A stretch of 64,000 nucleotides of DNA. It comes from Azolla caroliniana (taxonomy: Eukaryota > Plantae > Polypodiophyta). The translations under genes and the position numbers were made by a program. How positions within the stretch are numbered: the first letter of the stretch is position 1; each line of letters begins with the position of its first letter. Positions 24,801 through 37,259 of the stretch are shown here, in pieces. Below the pieces are notes generated by a model. It was given only the letters and a program-made list of their open reading frames with translations. It was not told the origin of the DNA and ran no database searches. The DNA lies in assembly GCA_043228905.1 (NCBI GenBank), contig JBHGNT010000004.1:6262001-6326000 (forward strand), given 5' to 3'.

Positions 24801-27701
24801 CGGAATGTATGCACACAACTCTGACCGTGGCGAAATGTACGGGCACAACTCTGACTACGAAGATCGTGGCAGAATGTATGCGCACAACTCCGACCGTGGC
24901 GGAATGTTCATGATGAAACATAGAGCAAACTCTATGTCGGCCGCTACCTCAACTAGTGCCTCCGGTCCGGAAGACATATGGTTCGTCGATTCTGGTGCCT
25001 CGAACCATATGACATCGCATCAAGAATGGTTCTGAGAACTTCGAGAGCCGGACCGACCCGGCTATGTCGAAACTGGAGACGACACTACGCACCCAATTCG
25101 GCACATTGGCAATGTTCTGTTCGGAAAAGATGGTAAGAAAAATTAGATTAAAAATGTATTGCATGTATCAACCATTACGAAGAATTTGGTCTCCGTCGGC
25201 CAAATTGTAGAGCAAGGGATGCAAGTTTGATTTAATCAAGGCAGTTGCTTCATCGAAAAAGAGGGCTGACTCATCGCACGTGGACGAAGAGAGGGCTGGA
25301 TGTTCATTCTCGATTCACGTGAGATGAAATCCGCCATGTTCGTGAAAAACACGAAAACCGACTCCAACATAGAGCTATGGCACAAGCGAATTGGCCACAT
25401 CAATCTCAACAAACTCAAAGCAATGAAATCGAAAGGAGTCGTCATCGGACTCCCGACATTCAAAGAGAAGGAGATTGAAGGTGTATGCGAAGCGTGCCAA
25501 TTCGGCAAGCAACACCGACACCCATTCCCGAAAGAGTGGAACGTGAGCAAAGGTCTACTCGACGTAGTCCATTCCGATGTTTGGGGACCGGCGCAGACGG
25601 CTACATTCGGCGGATGCCGATATTACGTGCTCTTCATCGACGACTTCTCTAGGCACACTTGGATCTACCCAATGCGGCAAAAGAGCGAAGTGTTCCGACA
25701 CTTCCAAAATTTCAAGAATGAAGTCGAGAAAGCCACGGGCTGACATGTACGATGCCTTCGATCGGATGGCGGCAAGGAATACTTCTCGGACGATTTCACG
25801 GCGTATCTCCGAAAGGAAGGAATTCAACGAGAATTCACTTGCCGATACACTCCGCAACAAAACGGAGTAGCCGAGCGCAAAAATCGGCACATCCTCGAAG
25901 TAGCGCAGGCCATGATGAACGAGAAGCATATGCCCAGTCATATTGGGCCGAAGCTGCAAATACGGCCGTCTACCTAATGAACCGGTGCACAACATCCGGC
26001 GTGCACGAGGTCACTCTGCACGAAAAATTCTTCGGAAAGAAGCCGAACCTATCACATGTTCGGATATTCGACTCCATTGCGTACGTGCACATCCCCGACG
26101 AGAAGCGTCAAAAGCTCGACCCAAAGTCGGAGAAATGTATCCTCGTAGGATACTCACTGGAGCAAAAGGGGTACAAGTGCTACAACCCCTCAACTCGAAA
26201 ATCTCGAGTAAGTCGAGACGTCGTTTTTGACGAGTCCGCATCCTGGTACGCACCAGAGACAACTCCAACTTCGACTCCGCTCGACCCGGAATTCACCGAA
26301 CAAGAGATCGAGGATGAAGATCGCCTTATGCGCATATTCGAAGAAAGTCCGATCACAAGCCGATTGAGCAAACCACAAGAGCCTTTGAGCGATCAAAGCA
26401 CATCACGGCCTAGCCTGAAGATGGACAAAGGCAAGGCGAAAATGTCGGAATACGAAGATGATCGCTTCAACGACGATAAGTCGACTCACTCACTCGACAG
26501 TGAGTTCGGTGGTTTCGAGGTACCAATTGGAGCCAAGAAAGGCCTCATCTCTACAAATGAAAAGCTCCGCCAATCCACTCGTGAAAAGAACCCCGTAAGC
26601 CGATTCGGCTACAACGATTATATGGCGTACCATTACGCCTTTATGATGAAGGTAGCGACAGTACGGGAGCCGAAAACCTTTTCGGAAGCCATGAAGGACC
26701 TGCGATGGATTGAAGCAATGAATGAGGAGATGCAGGCACTATGGAACAAAGAAAAGTGGGATCTCGTTCCCACCTCACCACACAAAAAGGCGATCGGATG
26801 CAGATGGATCTACAAGGTGAAGTATAACGCCGATGGCTCCGTGAACCACCACAAAGCTCGACTCGTAGCGAAAGGATACGTTCAGACGCATGGCGTCGAC
26901 TACGAAGAGACCTTTGCCCCGGTGGCAAAGATGAGGATAGTGCGGACCGTAATTGCGATTGCCGCGGCGAAAGGGTGGCACCTCCATCAAATGAACGTCA
27001 AGAACGCCTTTCTACAAGGCGAATTAGAAGAGGTGTACATGATCCAACTGCCCGGCTTCAACTCGAGCACCCATCCAAAAGTTGTTTGCCGACTCAAGAA
27101 GCCACTCTGCGGTCTCAAGCAAGCACCGCGTTGTCGTGAAGAAAACCGTCCCCAGGTGCAAACCGTGTATAGTGTGTGTGAACCGGCCCTTACACGTGGG
27201 CACGTCCCTTGTCGTATAGTAGATAGGTAGGCACAAAGATTAAATCCTAGGTAGCAATATTCTGTAAGGGAAATCGAGGAGTATCTCTGTCCGAAAGGAC
27301 AGAGAATTAATGTGATGTAAACGGGCAAGGCGGCCTCCCTCCTTGAGCTATAAAAGAGAGGGAGACGAGGAGAGAAGGTATCGGGCGCTAGAGGGAACGA
27401 AGTGTTGTCGGACTGGGACCGAGCTCTTCTTCTCTATCGTTCTCCATAGCCTTCTTTTGCGCAGGCTCTCAGGAGACTGATTCTGCTCCGTGGAACGCCC
27501 GTGTGCTTCCGGCAGAATCTCCATCTCGCTCTTCTGTTTGTGTGAGTGAACAGGCTTCGGTGTTCGCCTTGCCGTCCTGTTAGTTGTAACCGTCTCGATA
27601 TATATACTTATATTAATATACATACGTGTTCATATACTCGGACTTCTAGTTGTTGGGATTACGGTCCCTCCGGATGGGATGGTCAGATGTCCGGGAATCG
27701 G

Positions 27702-27846
27702 GAATGAAGACCCCGGCTACGGAGCCGGATGACGAAGACCCGGTTTCGGATCCGGAGGATGAAGATCCCGGCTACGGAGCCGGATGACGAAGACCCAGTT
27801 TCGGATCCGGATGATGAAGACCCCGGCTACGGAGCCGGATGACGAA
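27702..27846. repeat. Array of ~27-bp hairpin units in U3 of D (5 units in the 5' LTR, 3 in the 3' LTR at ~32411-32500)
   Basis: Alternating CCGGCT-ACGG-AGCCGG and CCGGTTTCGGATCCGG units. Confidence 0.85.
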
Positions 27847-28352
27847 TGTACCCGGAGAGAGATCCGGATGCGGGGACATATTTGTGAATATGTTTGCCAA
27901 AGGCCCTCGAGGCTATATTTGTAAATAGCCCGAAAGTCATACGTGTATAAATATGACTTAGGGCAAACAGTCTGCAGTTGTTGCTCATTTTTCTGTTTTC
28001 CACTTAGAGGGAGCGAAGTGAGAGCAGCCGAGAGAGAGTGTGAGGGAGAGAAAGGAAGAGGTCGACGCCTCTGTGTAATACCGCCGCCTGTGGCGAGGAC
28101 AGCGAGCTCAAGGTCGTCGCCTTGCAGCTCGCCATTGTACATTCCCTGCGTATAGTGATAGTTGGAGTCTTGCACTCCCGTGGTTTTTCCCGTCTAGGGT
28201 TTTCCACGCTAAACCCTGTGCATTCGAGCCTCTCTCTGTGTTTTGATTTACTTCTGCATTGATTCGTGTTTCCTCGGTTGTGGCCGAGAGGCGAAGGTTT
28301 GGAAAGCGTCGATTTCTAACAATCTGGTATCAGAGCGACTGCAGTGCAGAAA

Positions 28353-31300
28353 ATGGAAGGCGGCAGCAGCGGGCAGCCGGGGATGATGGTGCTGAATGCG
28401 CAGAACTACGCCGACTGGAAGATAAAGATGGAGGATCTGCTCATTGTTCGGGACCTGTATGAACCGATCGACAGGTCGGAAATACCCAAGGGGGTACTTG
28501 AGACGGAATGGAGGCTTCTGAACCGGAAAGCCGTTGCAACCATTCGGCAATACGTCGACGTGAGCGTTCTACAACATGTCGCGAACGACACCAACGCATA
28601 TGAGATGTGGCAGAAGCTGTCGGGCCTCTACGAGAGGAAAAATGCGTTGAACCGGACCTCCCTGATGAGGAAGATAGTGAACCTCAAGTACCGGGACGGC
28701 GAGAATATGGTGGAACACGTAAGCACGTTCATGGGATTCGTGAACCAGCTTGCGGTGATCAAGTTCCCGTTGGAGGATGCAATGCAAGCCATCATTCTGA
28801 TGTGTACATTGCCGGAAAGCTGGGAGAACTTGGTGGTGACTCTCAGCACCTCCTGCACCGAAGATAACTTGTCCTTACAAACGGTAAAGACAAGCATTTT
28901 GAACGAAGAAGCGCGTCGGAGAGATAAAGAACCGGCCTCCGATCCGAAGATGCTGCTTACCGAATCGGATCGGGGAAGACAACGAAACCGGAGTCCGCAA
29001 AGACGGGAGAAGTTGGGGACCCGGTCGCAGTCAAGAGGAAGGCCCACATGCTTCCACTGTGGGAAGCTGGGCCACTTCCGAAAGAATTGTCGGCATTACC
29101 GAAAAGACAACGGAGCCGACGACACCGATTCAAAGAAGTCTTCGGAACGGAACGGTGCTTACCGGGGAGCCACGGACTGGAATGGTTCGGATCGGCGAGG
29201 GCAGGACCGGAAAGGAACGACGGCACTCGCGGCAAGTGAAGAGGAGATCATGCTCATCACCGAAGAAGATGAACTAAACATTGCCGGCGATGAGACTACC
29301 TGGGTGGTCGATTCCGGAGCGTCGTTCCACCTGACCCCGGAAAGAAGATACTTCTCATCCTATACAGCCGGTGAGCATGGTTGCGTTCGGATGGGAAATG
29401 AAGGTACGTGCCGGATTGCCGGCATAGGAGACGTGTGGTTGACAACCCCGACCGGATGCAAAATGTTGCTGAAGGATGTCCGACACGTTCCGGAGGTTCG
29501 ATTGAACCTGATTTCGGCCGGGAGGCTAGACGATGAAGGCTACACAGGTAGCATCCGGAATTGCGTAATGAAGTTCAGCAAGGGGAGCCTGATAGTGGCT
29601 CGGGCCCGGAAAGTCAACACACTGTACCTTATGAATGCCTGGTTGTGTCCGGAGGAGTTGAACGTGGCAGCCGATACTGCCGGTGAGCTGTGGCACAAGA
29701 GACTGTGCCACATGAGTGAGAAGGGGATGAAGAGGCTTGCAGAAGACAACCTTATTCCAGTGAAGCATGTGCACCTGGAGAAGTGCACCGATTGCCTGGC
29801 CGGTAAGCAGAACCGAACCTCCTTCCACTCAAGGCCACCGACGAGACGTAACGCACCCCTGGAGCTGGTGCACACTGACGTGTGTCAAGTAGAAACGAAG
29901 TCACATGGTGGAGCCCAGTACTTCGTGACATTCATTGATGACCACAGCCGGAAGTTGTGGACGGCACCGTTGAAGAAAAAGGACCAAGTGTTGTGCGTCT
30001 TCAAAGAACTCCACGCGAGAGTGGAAAGGGAATCCGGCAAGAAGCTGAAAGCGATACGAGCGGATAACGGAGGGGAATACCGGGGGCAGTTTGAGGATGA
30101 ACCGGACCATAATGGAGAGGGTCCGGAGTATGCTGGCGCATGCGAAATTACCCAAGGGGTTTTGGGCTGAGGCAATGTCGACGACGACATACGTGATAAA
30201 CAGATCACCCTCAGTACCTTTGGACGGAGACACGCCGCAGAGAGTGTGGACCGGCAGGGAAGTATCCTACCGGCATCTGAAGGTGTTCGGGTGTCTCGCA
30301 TATGTGCATGTGGCAAAGGACCGGAGAGGAAAGCTAGATCCAAAGACCCGGCCATGCATATTCCTCGGTTACGGCGATGACGAGTTCGGCTACTGAGTAT
30401 GGGACCCGGTCGACAAAAAGATATTCCGGAGTCGTGATATCATCTTCATGGAGGACAAGAAACTCGCTGACTGGGAGTTAGAGAAGAAGATGAAGAGCTC
30501 CAAGTCGACCGGTGAGGATCAACTCTACGAGGAGCAGTCCCGACCGGCAAGGGACCGGTTAGCACTCGAGGATCCGGCCGAAGACGGTGAAGAAACAGAA
30601 CCGGCCGAGGAAGATGAAACTGATACCGGAACCGGCCCCGATCCCGAAATGGATTCGGATGAAGAGGAAACGGAGGAGCCGGTTACCGAAGCTCCGGAAC
30701 GGAGATATCCTCTAAGAGAGAGAAGGGCCCCCCGGAGATTTCCGGAACCAGAGCACGTGCTGCTAACCGACGAGGGGGAGCCGGAGAGTTTTGAAGAAGC
30801 AAAGCTTGACACCCATAGCCGCAGGTGGTTAAGTGCCATGCAGGAGGAGATGGATTCCCTGCATGAGAACCACACATATGAACTTGTGGAGTTGCCGAAA
30901 GGAAAGCGGGCACTTCGAAACAAGTGGGTGTTCAAGCTGAAACCGGGAGATGCCGGAAACCCCCCGAGATACAAAGCCAGGATCGTGGTGAAGGGGTTCC
31001 AGCAGAAGAAGGGCGTTGACTTCGACGAGATATTTGCCCCGGTAGTGAAGATGACCTCCATCCGGACGGTGCTGAGCATAGCGGCAAGCATGGACCTCGA
31101 GGTAGAACAGATGGACGTGAAGACGGCGTTCCTTCACGGTGACCTCGAAGAAGAGATCTACATGCAGCAACCGGAAGGATTCGAGAAGAAAGGGAAGGAG
31201 CACCTGGTATGCCGGTTGAAGAAGAGCCTTTACGGACTGAAGCAGGCTCCCCGGCAATGGTACCGGAAGTTCGACTCTTTCATGACCGACGAAGGGTACC

Positions 31301-32349
31301 ACAAAACGCAGTCCGACCACTGCGTGTTTGTGAAGAAGTTCGAAGGAGGAGACTTTCTAATACTCCTCCTGTACGTGGACGACATGTTGATCGTCGGACA
31401 GGACTAGGTCAAGATACGGATGCTGAAGAAAGCGCTTCACCGAACCTTCTCAATGAAGGACCTGGGTCCGGCGAGGCAAATACTAGGGATGCACATCATC
31501 CGGGACCGGAAGAAGAAGCAGTTGTGGCTGTCACAGGAGAAGTACGTGACAAAGGTGCTCCACCGGTTCAACATGTCGGAAGCAAGACCGGTCGGGTCAA
31601 CCCTCCCGGCAAACTGCAAGTTGTCCAGCAAGCAAAGCCCCAAGACAAAGGCTGAGAAGGAGGACATGATGAAAGTACCATATGCCTCTGCCGTCGGAAG
31701 CTTGATGTACGCAATGGTGTGTACAAGACCGGACATAGGATATGCAGTCGGAGTGGTGAACCGGTACATGAGCAATCCCGGCAAAGAGCACTGGAACGCG
31801 GCCAAGTGGATACTCCGATACCTGAAGGGCACGGCAAACGTGTGCCTCCGATTCGGCTCCGGTAAGCCCGAACTCGACGGCTTTACCGATTCGGATATGT
31901 CGGCTGATGCAGATACCAGCCGGTCCACATCAGGGTATGTGATGACGTATGCAGGGGGAGCTGTTTCGTGGCAGTCGAGGCTGCAGAAAACGGTTGCGTT
32001 GTCAACCACGGAGGTGGAGTACATGGCGGCTGTTGAAGCCGGCAAGGAAATAATATGGATGAAGGACTTCATTAGAGAGCTCGGTATCCGGCAGGAGGAG
32101 TACCGACTCTACTGCGACAGTCAGAGTGCCATCCACCTTGCGAAGAATGCGGCCTATCACTTTCGGACGAAGCACATCCAGCGAAGATATCACTGGATCC
32201 GGGAAAGGATAGAAGACCAGGAGTTCGTGCTGACGAAGATCCACACGGACGAGAACGGGTCAGATATGCTGACCAAAGTGCTCACACCCGACAAGCTGGA
32301 AGCGTGCCGGAAGAGGGTCGGACTGGAAAGACATCCCATGCCGAAGTGA
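28353..32349 (+). pseudogene. Copia polyprotein of D; frameshifting deletion in the integrase core (~30095) and stops at ~30394 and ~31405
   Basis: CFHCGKLGHFRKNC; WVVDSGASFH; LWHKRLCH; RADNGGEY; YKARIVVKGF; LLYVDDMLI; ALSTTEVEY; YCDSQSAIHLAKN. Confidence 0.92.
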
Positions 32350-35300
32350 AGGGGGAGTTTGTTGGGATTACGGTCCCTCCGGATGGGATGGTCAGATGTT
32401 CGGGAATCGGGAATGAAGACCCCGGCTACGGAGCCGGATGACGAAGACCCGGTTTCGGATCCGGAGGATGAAGACCCCGGCTACGGAGCCGGATGACGAA
32501 TGTACCCGGAGAGAGATCCGGATGCGGGGACATATTTGTGAATATGTTTGCCAAAGGCCCTCGAGGCTATATTTGTAAATAGCCCGAAAGTCATACGTGT
32601 ATAAATATGACTTAGGGCAAACAGTCTGCAGTTGTTGCTCATTTTTCTGTTTTCCACTTAGAGGGAGCGAAGTGAGAGCAGCCGAGAGAGAGTGTGAGGG
32701 AGAGAAAGGAAGAGGTCGACGCCTCTGTGTAATACCGCCGCCTGTGGCGAGGACAGCGAGCTCAAGGTCGTCGCCTTGCAGCTCGCCATTGTACATTCCC
32801 TGCGTATAGTGATAGTTGGAGTCTTGCACTCCCGTGGTTTTTCCCGTCTAGGGTTTTCCACGCTAAACCCTGTGCATTCGAGCCTCTCTCTGTGTTTTGA
32901 TTTACTTCTGCATTGATTCGTGTTTCCTCGGTTGTGGCCGAGAGGCGAAGGTTTGGAAAGCGTCGATTTCTAACACTAGTCGTCTCGTTTTGCTGTGTTG
33001 TTGGATTGTGATTCCTATGTGCTTCCGTGTCTGTGTGTGTGTAAGTGCGTCCGTTGCCTTTCCGCTCTCCTCCTTCTTAGCTATTTCTCAGTCCAAGACC
33101 CCGGTGATCCCGCCTTGTTCCCCACGCACGCGCGTAACAATGCGACAACGTGCTTGGCATTCGAAGATAACGCAATATCTTCATCAAATCGGCTTCCGTA
33201 TGTCAAAATCGGACAACTCCCTCTACATACGAAGCGATTCCACAAGTCCGATCGTCATCATCTTATATGTGGATGACCTAGTCATTGGAGGTGAGCATCT
33301 CGTCGAAATCAATAAGGTCAAATCCCTCCTTTCCGACAAGTTCGAGATGACGGACATGCAGGAGCTCCACTACTTCCTCTGCATCGAGGTAATTCGGACT
33401 CTGGCCGGAATCATGATCTCTCAACGGCACTATATCCTGAACTTATTGTACAAGTTCGGGATGGCTGAGTGCAAATCTGTGGCAACCCCGCTCGATCGTA
33501 ATCTCAAACTAGATGCGAACTTTGGTACCAAAGCGTGTGAGCCGAATCAGTATCAACAACTCATCGGGAGTTTCATCTACCTCACGATCACACGACCCGA
33601 TCTCAGATATCCGGTCGGTCTCCTTAGCCAATTCATGCAAACACCGCGTGATACTCACTTGGATTGTGCTAAGCGAGTTCTACGCTACGTGAGTGGCACA
33701 ATGGATTGCGGCATCCTCTACAAGACCACAATGCCAATACGACTTGAGGGGTACACAGATGCCGATTGGGCCGGCTACAAAGCTGATAGAAGATCAACCT
33801 CTGGATTTGTTTTCTCCCTCGGCAGCGGAGCAATATCCTAGAGTAGCAAGAAGCAGCCTACCGTCGCTCTTTCGAGTATGGAGGCGGAATACAGGTGTGC
33901 AGCCGTAGCTGCGTGTGAAGCCGTATGGCTCAAGAGGATTTTGAAGGATTTGGGTGTACCCATCAAGGATCCGACTTCCCTTTACTGCGACAACATGAGC
34001 AGTATCTATCTGGCTCGGAACCCAGTGTTCCACGTGCGGACAAAGCACATCGAAGTGCACTATCACTTCATCCGAGAGCGCGTTCTGGGTGGCAATGTCG
34101 ATCTACAACACATTAGCACCAATCTTCAAACGACCGACATCTTCACCAAAGCCTTAGGAGCCGACAAGCTATGGCAATTCATGACCGATCTCGGATTGAC
34201 GAGCCCTGACCTGCCAAGCTTGAGGGGGAGTATTGAAGACACTACGCAATAACGCGTGGATTCCACAACCACGCAATGAAGCAGCGAAGAGCCGATCTAC
34301 CACGCAAAGCCGCGAAGAAAGACACAAGCCGAAGCACAGACCGCAACTATGCACGCAAGCTGAAGCACAGACTTCCTAACTACGCACAACGCAAGCTGGA
34401 GCACGGATTCTGCAACTCCGCATAAAGCGAGTCGACGCAGACTCCGGAACGCGAGTCGAATCGGATTTCGGATACCGTCTGAAACCGACCCAACTTGAGC
34501 TTGAGGGGGCGTGTTGAGAATCAAGCTCAACTTGGTCTAGTGTGTGAACTCACCTTGAGAGTGAAGAGACACTCCAACGGTCAAGAGTCACCATTATGTC
34601 ACCACTTTGTATTCTAGAATTTAGCATGAGTCATAGAATCATATTCTATGACACATAACTTATGAGCTTTCACATTCCCCATGCTCCATGAGTCTTGTAG
34701 GTAATGAAGAGAGAGGGTGACTATATAAAGCACCCTCCTCCCACCTTGTATATGTTGAGTCTTTCTCCTTTGTCAATATACTTTTACCTTGCATATTCTC
34801 TGTGTTTCACTCACTCACTCACTCTCTCTCTCTCTCTTACACACACACATAACTCACATCTCTTCCGCTTCACAAGAATGCATCTCTTGATTCTTTACAG
34901 CTAGCTACCTATGAAATACTGAATATGAAAAGAAAATATACAAAATGTAAAGCATGTAGTAGTAGCTTTAGTGGTATGATAATTGCTTCTTATCTTAAAC
35001 GTGCAAGGTTCAAATCTTACTTGCAACCCTCAATATGCACTGAGTGCCATCATGTCCTAGGTTTATTTATTATTATTTTCATTTTTACAAGTATTTGTGT
35101 AATGTACATGTATCCTCAATTTTTCACTTTTTCTCGCATTAAACATGCCACATCATGACATCTACCCCCACCAAACCGCACATCCTCCGGCATGTGCCAA
35201 GAAGGAAATGAGTGATGTGTTGGGGCCAAAGGTTGTGAACCTTCGATTTGCTCCTTTCTTGTGCCTTGCCCGCACTGTTGTTGTCCCTCCATTTTGAGCT

Positions 35301-35636
35301 CATCCATTCCTTCCAGCCGAACCATCGTCGCCATTTGATCCACCATATCGTTCGCTCGCACTTCCCAATGCTATGACCGGTTGTCATGGCCCCCTTCGCC
35401 CCTCCTGAGCATAACCTTTCACAATTTTTGTATGTGCTACCTTCATCCCGTCTATCTCCTTGGTCAAGAAACTTTGATACTTCATTCTTTCTCCTGCCCT
35501 GCTTGCCTTCATAAGACCTCATTTGAATGTCGATGTTGACTACCCAACGTAGTTCCTTCATGCTCATCTCGGGGTCTCTAAGAGACCATATTGCATGCCT
35601 CTCTTTCATCCATTTGTTGTGGTAAACTCTCGCGTT

Positions 35637-37259
35637 TCAGTTGACCATCATACCTTTGATCTTCATGCTAGTGTCCTCCCTCATGTTAGAAGACATGATC
35701 ACTTTCTGAGGTACACCTTTCAAATCCTCTTGGCTTGCTTGGTCGTCATTGTACATTGTCACACTTTCTTTGGCCTCTTTGTTGTGCACATCTGCTTTCG
35801 TCATTGTGCTTCGTTTGGACTCTTCATCGCACACACCGACTTCATTCTTCACTTCCTCACAGCCACCTTCCATCTCTTCGGTCTCATGTTGGCTCTTAGA
35901 CGCAACTTCCGAAGTCTCTGGAAGAAGTGTGGAGGAATCTTCTCCATGGTCCTTGCTTGTTCTTGCCATCTTCGGGCCGATGTCATTGTTTGTGACTATG
36001 TTCCCATCATGTGCATCAGCTCCAACATTCGCTTCCTTGCCGCCACCTTCCGTCGCTTGGGTCTCACGTTGATTCTCGGATGCAATTGCCCAAGTCTCTA
36101 GAACAAGTGTGGAGGATTCCATATGCCTTTGGTCGATCAACTTTGCCATGTTGTCCATAGCCACCTCCTTGATGTCGTTTTTTGTGGCTACCTTCTTAAT
36201 CATGTGGGCCTCGCACTCTTTATCTCCCTTGATCATGCATGCTTTTCTCATGCTTGCACCTTCATCCCTCGAGGTTTCAGACACGATGCGTGTTCTGAAA
36301 CAATTGTCCTCGCTTGAAGTGGCATTCGCCGTCCTCGATCCATTGGTTTCATTCTTCGTCGTTGTTTCTTTGCAAGAAGAGAAGGTTTCTTGTTCCACAA
36401 CTTCTCTTGTGGTACCATCATGGTACCGAACTTGGGCCTTCATCTTGGCCACTTCATTAACGCGCATTTGTCGGGAGGTCTCTTCTTCCTCGATCACCAT
36501 CTGCTTCAATTTTTGCTCCTTTTGAAGCTTCTCTTCAGCATCACCTTGCACCTTTAAGTTCTCAAATGCTTCTTTGATTAAGGCTTCTATGTTGAGTATT
36601 GAATCTTCCCTCTTCGAGCTTTCTTCCTTCGGTGGTGGTGTATTGCCACATCCCGTTCTCCTTTGAACATCCCTCTTGTCATTTCGTTGGCATACCCTTT
36701 TCACTTCGGCTCCATTTTCAGTGAGGCCGTTCACACCATCATCGTCCTCGAGTTGGACTCCAATGGCCGTCCTTTTCTTCCAATCAATCGACTTGACGAA
36801 CATTAAGACTTTATTCGTCCCCACCAATCCTTGTTCCCGCTCCGAGAGTTGAGTGAACCGACACTCAAACTCAATGAATGCATGCATAGTACTCTGATGG
36901 GTCTTCCTCGGTGACACCCATTGGTCGAACTTGTATAGACCTCGTCCCTTCGGCTCTTCATGATCATATGCCTCTCATAAAGCTTCTTCGAAGGACACCC
37001 ACGAATCGTGAGCTTTTTGAAGCTCTTTCATATCTTTGTAGATTGGTTCGGCCACCACTCGACAAAAGTACTCCAGCCTCATAGCTTCGTCCACACCTCT
37101 TGAATCCATCTCTCCATTGTAGACTTTTAGAAAAATTTGGACTTCGGCGCCGTTGAAATAGCTCACTCGCTCGACTACCCTCTCAACAGCTTGTTGGGCT
37201 TCATTTCGTCTTTTCCCTTCTCTCAGAAACTCCATCATCCTTTTTGACATTGCCTCCAT
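35637..37259 (-). pseudogene. Gag-derived ORF of B with repeat tail (internal stop near 36975)
   Basis: AVERVVERVSYFNGAEV and EFECRFTQLS..KVLMFVKSID..GLTE are homologous to F gag; tail motifs STLVLETWAIASENQRETQATEGG. Confidence 0.75.

Larger units (their letters stand above)
27651..32975 (+). mobile_element. Element D: young Ty1/Copia (Tnt1/Tork-like); LTRs 27651-28321 and 32360-32975
   Basis: Perfect TSD CTAGT; PBS TGGTATCAGAGC at 28325; PPT gaagggggag; LTRs nearly identical apart from a 55-bp repeat indel. Confidence 0.95.
27132..33147 (+). mobile_element. S2: solo LTR of the Trp-primed family (27132-27650 and 32981-33147), split by D, inside C's RT
   Basis: TGTCGTGAAGAAAACCG...GCGACA termini; 4-bp TSD GCGT/ACGT; host KQAPR|AW rejoins. 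Confidence 0.88.
23887..34252 (+). pseudogene. Copia gag-PR-INT-RT-RH polyprotein of C (stops and frameshifts; split by S2 and D)
   Basis: CGYCGKLDHHEEEC; WFVDSGASNHMT; LWHKRIGH..CEACQFGK; VHSDVWGP; ARLVAKGY; LKQAPR|AWHSKI; LYVDDLVI; YCDNMSSI..RTKHIEVHYHF. Confidence 0.9.
23342..34899 (+). mobile_element. Element C: Ty1/Copia, decayed; LTRs 23342-23727 and 34512-34899
   Basis: TGTTGAG...TTTACA LTRs; tRNA-iMet PBS TGGTATCAGAGC at 23728; PPT gagggggcg; imperfect 5-bp TSD (tctac vs gctac plus 4 extra nt). Confidence 0.92.

Noticed and set aside
27702-27846. CRISPR-like short palindromic repeats
   Set aside because: No unique spacers and no cas genes; it is a tandem array inside a plant LTR
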